From the NCBI GenBank assembly GCA_044226015.1, contig JBGAHS010000005.1:352001-416000 (forward strand): a stretch of DNA of 64,000 bases, given 5' to 3'. Below, one piece after another: positions 58,845-64,000 of the stretch. Every line of letters begins with the position of its first letter. Position 1 is the first letter of the stretch. Origin of the DNA: Candidatus Obscuribacteraceae bacterium. Its GTDB lineage: Bacteria > Cyanobacteriota > Vampirovibrionia > Obscuribacterales > Obscuribacteraceae. The notes under the pieces were generated by a model. It was not told the origin of the DNA. It searched no databases and worked only from the letters and a program-made list of their open reading frames with translations. Both the position numbers and the translations under genes were made by a program.

Positions 58845-60086
58845 CTATCGTTTCAGCACTTCCAGCACGCCGTTTCTGTTTCGTGAGTATTCGTAGTGGT
58901 CTGAACAAGCTGGTATCAGTCCGTCATTGCGCGCGATATCTGCCATCACCGCATTCGGTATTGAGTGCAGTGGGTCTACTTTTGATACATCGAGAATTGT
59001 CAGATTCGGATACTCAAAAAACGTCGGTTGCGCAACTCCCAACCTTTGAGCTGGAGCCCAAGGATTAGCCAATTTTCTCATCGTTCCACTAAAATGAAGA
59101 GCCAGGTCATTCTTTGCAAGGTACAAATGCAGCTGTTCGGCAGAGCGTGAGAGTTTTGGCAAATGTGATTTGAACGCTATCAGGTCAACGTCAGGGCGCA
59201 CCATAATTATGTCTTTGTATGCCACAGTGCCGTTGTTTTGCAGGCAATGATCCATAATCAACTGATTTCCGAGACTAAATCCGAGGATAGTAATCTTGTT
59301 AGCAGGTACTTCCTTTCGAAGTTCTGTAAGAAAGCGGTTGAATCGCTCCTGACTGCGTTCACATGCTTGAAGTGAACCAGCATACGCGCCGAACGGTGAG
59401 CCCCAATCATACAAAACAACTGGCGTGTTGAGCCAGGCGGCAGTCATTGCAGCTTCGTGCGCCGCATAGTTGAACCCCATGCAGCAACCATGCACATGAA
59501 TCAAGACCCCCTTTTCTTGAGCGCCTGCATTCTTGAGAGACTGGCAGAGTTCAGCGAACTCCATGCTACCTTTCTGCAAGAGTTGTGCATTAGCCTGCTC
59601 ATTTTGGTTGGAGATAGTCGAATAAGAGCAAGTGCGAAGGGCGGGAGTCTTTGACGGCTGATAGTCACTCAAGGAAAAACAGTCAGTAAACACGCCGTAT
59701 GTAATGTGCTCTACGTTATCTATAACCTGTTCTTTGAAATCGAATGAATTGGAATTAGCACTTGCATTTCTTCTGTCGGTAGCAAAAAACACAGGAACAA
59801 CAAATTTTGCTCCTTTGTTCTGAAACTTACTTTTGGAAAACTTGATGGGTTCTTCGGTAGATTGAGAATGTTGAATGGCTCCCCTAAACTGATTCTCCGC
59901 GAAATTAGTTGCTTGTGATTCTCCCGTTTCGGAGTCACTCGCCTGGGGGTCAGGCTTAGCAGCATTGTCTGCTTTGTCGCTTTTGCTCTCGACGAGGCTT
60001 TGCTCAAGCCCATTTGCCCATGTAGTACTTGGACCACAAATAGCCAGTAAGCAAATAAGGATAGTTGTTTTGGCGAAGCTGCTCAT
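58845..60086 (-). CDS. DUF900-type alpha/beta hydrolase
   Basis: VFFATDR, IHVHG, YDWGS, GFSLG, PDVD, NDLAL. Confidence 0.82.
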   Translation of the reverse strand: MSSFAKTTILICLLAICGPSTTWANGLEQSLVESKSDKADNAAKPDPQASDSETGESQATNFAENQFRGAIQHSQSTEEPIKFSKSKFQNKGAKFVVPVFFATDRRNASANSNSFDFKEQVIDNVEHITYGVFTDCFSLSDYQPSKTPALRTCSYSTISNQNEQANAQLLQKGSMEFAELCQSLKNAGAQEKGVLIHVHGCCMGFNYAAHEAAMTAAWLNTPVVLYDWGSPFGAYAGSLQACERSQERFNRFLTELRKEVPANKITILGFSLGNQLIMDHCLQNNGTVAYKDIIMVRPDVDLIAFKSHLPKLSRSAEQLHLYLAKNDLALHFSGTMRKLANPWAPAQRLGVAQPTFFEYPNLTILDVSKVDPLHSIPNAVMADIARNDGLIPACSDHYEYSRNRNGVLEVLKR

Positions 60087-60273
60087 TCGATTCCTGCCGC
60101 AGAGCACGAATATACATTTTATTAGCCGTTCTTGCGACATTTGTGCATTTAGATCAGTTAATAAACTGTCCGGGTTTTCCCTGGTTTTTGGCTGGTGCTT
60201 ATCTGGCGGAATGCTCTGAAAACCCGAAATATAATGAGATTGGCGTTTCTTGCTTGCTCATTGAGGTGTGCAC

Positions 60274-61725
60274 ATGGTTGCAGCAGAGGGTGATCTTCTC
60301 GAAGGAAAACGTATCACGGAAAGATTTCGAATCAAGTCTGTCGAAAAATGGATAGACCAGATTGTTTTTTGTTCTGCTGAGGACCTCGCGAGGCACGATA
60401 CCGTTTTTCTTGTTCTAATAGAATCTGTTGCTATAAAGAACCCGCTTGCTCTCAAGAAGCACCTCGAACTCAGGGCAAAAAACTGTCATATAAATCTCAC
60501 TGAAATAATAGACTATGGTGATACCACTGACGGTGATTTCTTTATTGCTATAAAGAAATTTGGAAACACCTATCTCAGCCAACAAGCCGGGCGAGCCGTT
60601 TCACTCAAAGCAGCAGCTGGCATCATCGATCAAATAATAGATGCTGAACTATTCAGGAAAAAATTGGGATTGCCGCTGGTGCTTCCTTACCCTCAGAGAA
60701 TTAGTGTTGAAGACTTTGGTAAATCTGGAGTATCTCTGAAAATTATTGATTTGGATCTTGCGGCTATCGAAGATCTTGCGATTCAAATTGGTGCGGAACT
60801 CAGCGAAAAAGACAGGGTTGCATACAAAGCACCTGAACTCATAAAAGCTGGAAGCGTTGAAGAGTCTGCTCTTGTTTATTCGTTAGCTTGTTTATTTCAT
60901 CAGTTAATTACTGGTCGTCTTCCTTTCGAATCGGACGATATTGTCGAACTGCAGAGTCAGCATCTCTGCATGGAACCTCCTCGACTTCACGTGTTGCGCC
61001 CTGACTTATATTTTCCTCCAGAGGTTGAGGAGTTTTTGCGAAAGTCTTTGCAAAAGGCTCCTGAGAAAAGATTCTCCGGTCTGCTGACTTTCAAAACTGC
61101 AATGAAAGAAGCAATTCAGCAAAAGAAACCTGCCTCAAAAAATGTGCAGCGCTATGGGAGGGTCGCAGCATTGCTAACACTGCTTGCGTCGGGAGTCTAC
61201 CTGTATTCGTCATTTAGCCCACTCGTACAAAATTCTACTGAAAGCCCCGCGCCATTGAAGGTGCAGCTCTCTCCTGTTCCAGGCACTGGAAGCTTGTTCC
61301 AGTCATTGCCGCCTGTCCCAGCAAACGCCATTAATCTTGGCTCAATTCATTTGCTGAATGACGAAAGCCGAGAGCTTAAATCTGGCGATTACTATTGCAG
61401 CGAGCTGGTTTTAGAAGGTAATGCCCATTTATTTGCCAGAGATAATGTTCAGCTATGGATTCAGCCCAAGAACGGACAATCCACTCAGTTTAGTCTCAAG
61501 GACAATGCGGTGTTGGAATCAAATTCTGAATCCGATGCTTTCAAGATCTACTATCTGAGCACATCTGATATTACAATGGCGGGGCGGTCAAAGCTGAAGG
61601 CCGCCGTACTTGCACCTGCTTCTGCGCTTCATGCGAAGGACAATGCTTTCATTGATGGACCTATAACCAGTAATGGACAAATTCTGGCTCAGCATGCTCA
61701 CTTTAAGCACATTGAGGACGACTAA
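60274..61725 (+). CDS. Pseudokinase with TM helix and extracellular beta-rich domain
   Basis: Kinase C-lobe retained (YKAPE, VYSLACLFHQLITGRLPF); Gly loop, HRD and DFG absent. Confidence 0.75.
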   Translation: MVAAEGDLLEGKRITERFRIKSVEKWIDQIVFCSAEDLARHDTVFLVLIESVAIKNPLALKKHLELRAKNCHINLTEIIDYGDTTDGDFFIAIKKFGNTYLSQQAGRAVSLKAAAGIIDQIIDAELFRKKLGLPLVLPYPQRISVEDFGKSGVSLKIIDLDLAAIEDLAIQIGAELSEKDRVAYKAPELIKAGSVEESALVYSLACLFHQLITGRLPFESDDIVELQSQHLCMEPPRLHVLRPDLYFPPEVEEFLRKSLQKAPEKRFSGLLTFKTAMKEAIQQKKPASKNVQRYGRVAALLTLLASGVYLYSSFSPLVQNSTESPAPLKVQLSPVPGTGSLFQSLPPVPANAINLGSIHLLNDESRELKSGDYYCSELVLEGNAHLFARDNVQLWIQPKNGQSTQFSLKDNAVLESNSESDAFKIYYLSTSDITMAGRSKLKAAVLAPASALHAKDNAFIDGPITSNGQILAQHAHFKHIEDD

Positions 61726-61832
61726 CATAATTCTTCATTAAGCGAAAACATTGTTCTAAAGCAGTTTTGTAGAACATTCAGTCAAATGCAGTACAATAAG
61801 CTGATTGTTCTTGTTTGCGAGGAACTGCAAGC

Positions 61833-62663
61833 ATGTTGATTCGCGTTGGTTATGAAATCGAGTATGAGTTGCCTGCCCCAACGGCTATGACTCTGCTTTT
61901 GCATGTATTGCCTTCTCGCTCGGAAGATCTCAAAACACCCGATCAACTTCAAATTGAGCCTCACTTGCCTGTTACCGAATTCGTCGATGGTTATGGAAAC
62001 CGTTGTGCTCGGTTAATCGCTCCGGCAGGGCATTTGAGGTTGAGAAATGATTTAGTCATAGAAGACTCGGGAAAGCCGGTGCCGATTTTTGAGGACGCAA
62101 AGCAGCATCAAATCGAGGAAATACCAACCGAGTTCTTGCAGTTTTTGCTACCCAGCAGATATTGCGAAGTAGATAAGCTCAATTTCATAGCAGAAGAACT
62201 CTTTGGCAAAATTCCACCGGGGTGGCAGAGAGTTCAAGCCATTTGTGACTGGGTTCATAGCAATATTGAGTTTGGCTATCAACATGCGAACGCTACGAAA
62301 AGCGCATACGATGTGTATCATGAACGCAAGGGCGTCTGTCGGGATTTCACACATCTAGCAATCACCTTCTGCAGAATTATGGGTGTGCCAGCCCGCTATG
62401 CAACCGGTTATCTGGGTGACATTGGAATTCCACCTGTTGATGCTCCGATGGATTTTAGTGCCTGTTTCCAGGTTTACCTTGGAGGGCAGTGGCATATTTT
62501 TGATGCGCGTCATAATAAGCGCAGAATTGGATGGGTATTGATGGCAACTGGGCGCGATGCCGTTGATTGCGCGATTACGACAACATTTGGACTCCACACT
62601 TTGAAGAAATTTGAGGTGTGGGCTGATGAAGTTGAAAGCGCTGAATTGTGCCAGAGAGTTTAG
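61833..62663 (+). CDS. Transglutaminase-like protein
   Basis: LLPSRYCE, GVCRDFTH, PARYATGY, GRDAVD. Confidence 0.9.
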   Translation: MLIRVGYEIEYELPAPTAMTLLLHVLPSRSEDLKTPDQLQIEPHLPVTEFVDGYGNRCARLIAPAGHLRLRNDLVIEDSGKPVPIFEDAKQHQIEEIPTEFLQFLLPSRYCEVDKLNFIAEELFGKIPPGWQRVQAICDWVHSNIEFGYQHANATKSAYDVYHERKGVCRDFTHLAITFCRIMGVPARYATGYLGDIGIPPVDAPMDFSACFQVYLGGQWHIFDARHNKRRIGWVLMATGRDAVDCAITTTFGLHTLKKFEVWADEVESAELCQRV

Positions 62664-62679
62664 TTCGGGAGATTGAAGT

Positions 62680-64000
62680 ATGAAATCCACATCAGGCGGT
62701 AAGAAAGCAGGAGCTGGCGGCTACGGAAAGAAACGTTCCAATGCGAGCAATTCTTATGGCAAAAAGACTGGTACCGCATCTGGTGGCTACGGAAGATCGC
62801 GTTCCAGCTCTGGTGAAGGTGGCGGCTCCTACGGGCGCAAGAGGAGTGACGAGGGCGGCGGATCCTCATACGGACGCAAGAGAAGTGAAGAGGGCGGCGG
62901 CTCCTCATACGGGCGCAAGAGAAGTGACGAAGGCGGCGGCTCCTCCTACGGGCGCAAGAGAGGCGATGAAGGCGGCGGCTCCTCATACGGTCGCAAGAGA
63001 AGTGACGAAGGTGGCAGCTCCTCCTACGGGCGCAAGAGAAGCGACGAAGGCGGCGGTTCCTCTTACGGACGCAAGAGAAGTGACGAAGGTGGCGGCTCCT
63101 CTTATGGGCGTAAGAGAAGTGATGAAGGCGGAAGCTCATACGGACGAAAGAGAAGCGACGAAGGCGGCAATTCCTCCTACGGAAGATCGCGTTCTAGCTC
63201 TGGCGAAGGCGGCAGTTCCTCCTACGGAAGATCGCGTTCTAGCTCTGGCGAAGGTGGCAGCTCCTCATACGGGCGCAAGAGAAGTGACGAGGGGGGCGGA
63301 TCCTCATACGGGCGCAAGAGAAGTGACGAGGGCGGCGGATCCTCTTACGGGCGCAAGAGAAGCGACGAGGGGGGCGGATCCTCATACGGACGAAAGAGAA
63401 GCGACGAAGGCGGAAGCTCATACGGACGCCAGAGAAGTGACGAAGGTGGCGGATCCTCATACGGACGAAAGAGAAGCGACGAAGGCGGAAGCTCATACGG
63501 ACGCCAAAGAAGTGACGAAGGCGGAAGCTCCTACGGAAGATCGCGTTCCGGCTCTGGTGAAGGTGGCTCCTCCTACGGGCGAAAGAGAAGCGATGAAGGT
63601 GGCAGCTCTTACGGACGGAGAAGCGACTCAGGTGGCAGTTCCTCATACGGACGTAAGCGAAGCGATGAAGGCGGCAGTTCGTCCTATGGCAGAGGACGAC
63701 GTGACGAAGGTGGTTATGGTAGGTCAGGATCGGGACCACGCTCTGGTTCGAGTTCAACATATGGAAGTAGAGAGAACCGCAGTTATGGTCGCAGCTACGA
63801 AGACAAAGGGCGCGCACCATCAGATGAAAAAGTTCAGCAAGAAACTGGAGCTCTAGAAGAAGAGCAACTCAGCGCTAATACTTCGAACGTTGAAGCTGAA
63901 GGGCAGATCGAAGAGGATTTCATCGAATCTCAATCGCTGACCGAAGAAGACTACGAATATGGCGATGACGACGAAGATTCTGATGCCGATGAGGGAAGTG
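62680..64000 (+). CDS. Protein with long G/S/R/Y tandem-repeat N-terminus and acidic tract, truncated by the window end
   Basis: GGGAG SD and ATG 62680; reads MKSTSGGKKAG...(SSYGRKRSDEGGG)n...EEDYEYGDDDEDSD with no stop seen. Confidence 0.8.
   Translation, partial: MKSTSGGKKAGAGGYGKKRSNASNSYGKKTGTASGGYGRSRSSSGEGGGSYGRKRSDEGGGSSYGRKRSEEGGGSSYGRKRSDEGGGSSYGRKRGDEGGGSSYGRKRSDEGGSSSYGRKRSDEGGGSSYGRKRSDEGGGSSYGRKRSDEGGSSYGRKRSDEGGNSSYGRSRSSSGEGGSSSYGRSRSSSGEGGSSSYGRKRSDEGGGSSYGRKRSDEGGGSSYGRKRSDEGGGSSYGRKRSDEGGSSYGRQRSDEGGGSSYGRKRSDEGGSSYGRQRSDEGGSSYGRSRSGSGEGGSSYGRKRSDEGGSSYGRRSDSGGSSSYGRKRSDEGGSSSYGRGRRDEGGYGRSGSGPRSGSSSTYGSRENRSYGRSYEDKGRAPSDEKVQQETGALEEEQLSANTSNVEAEGQIEEDFIESQSLTEEDYEYGDDDEDSDADEGS
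62780..63700 (+). repeat. Coding tandem repeat of ~33-39 nt, roughly two dozen degenerate copies
   Basis: Recurring TCCTCATACGGGCGCAAGAGAAGTGACGAAGGCGGCGG; boundaries approximate. Confidence 0.9.

Noticed and set aside
61833..62663. Transglutaminase with DFSA in place of DFHA
   Set aside because: I recall this Ser variant as common in the subfamily, and the catalytic Cys is intact.
62780..63700. Possible CRISPR array
   Set aside because: Units are contiguous, degenerate, multiples of three and coding; no unique spacers or cas genes.
62741..63856. 371-aa AAPxTGAREVTK repeat ORF and antisense Arg-rich ORFs
   Set aside because: Shadow frames of the tandem repeat; the 62680 frame has the SD and continues into an acidic domain.

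Overview
A gene-dense bacterial chromosomal window using the standard genetic code. It has about 55 CDS, a tRNA-Val(GAC)/tRNA-Cys(GCA) pair, and no CRISPR array, rRNA, integrase or transposase that I could see. The gene content suggests a non-photosynthetic Cyanobacteriota lineage such as Vampirovibrionia/Obscuribacterales (inference only): Hanks-type kinases, one with a Zn-ribbon; an RRM protein; a stand-alone HAS-barrel protein; a giant low-complexity LysM protein; TadE-like pseudopilins. Housekeeping genes (fmt, rsmB, def, hemH, gldA, ABC-F, FKBP, HtrA, OmpH) are interspersed with unusual ones. Best leads: (1) a co-oriented giant LysM protein, Ser/Thr kinase and trypsin protease, where the protease carries an N-terminal hydrophobic module and a C-terminal excisionase-like HTH; (2) an unannotated Cys-rich ORF with an in-frame TGA in a CxxU-like context that fills the 28.7-28.96 kb gap; (3) an ATP-dependent DNA ligase homolog lacking its catalytic lysine, coupled to an intact exonuclease; (4) a prion-like Q/N/W protein with glycine zippers and a structured leader; (5) a possible defence cluster of a TM0106 nuclease-helicase, GIY-YIG, Imm and a permuted papain-like enzyme. 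All family calls come from motif recognition by eye; no searches were run.
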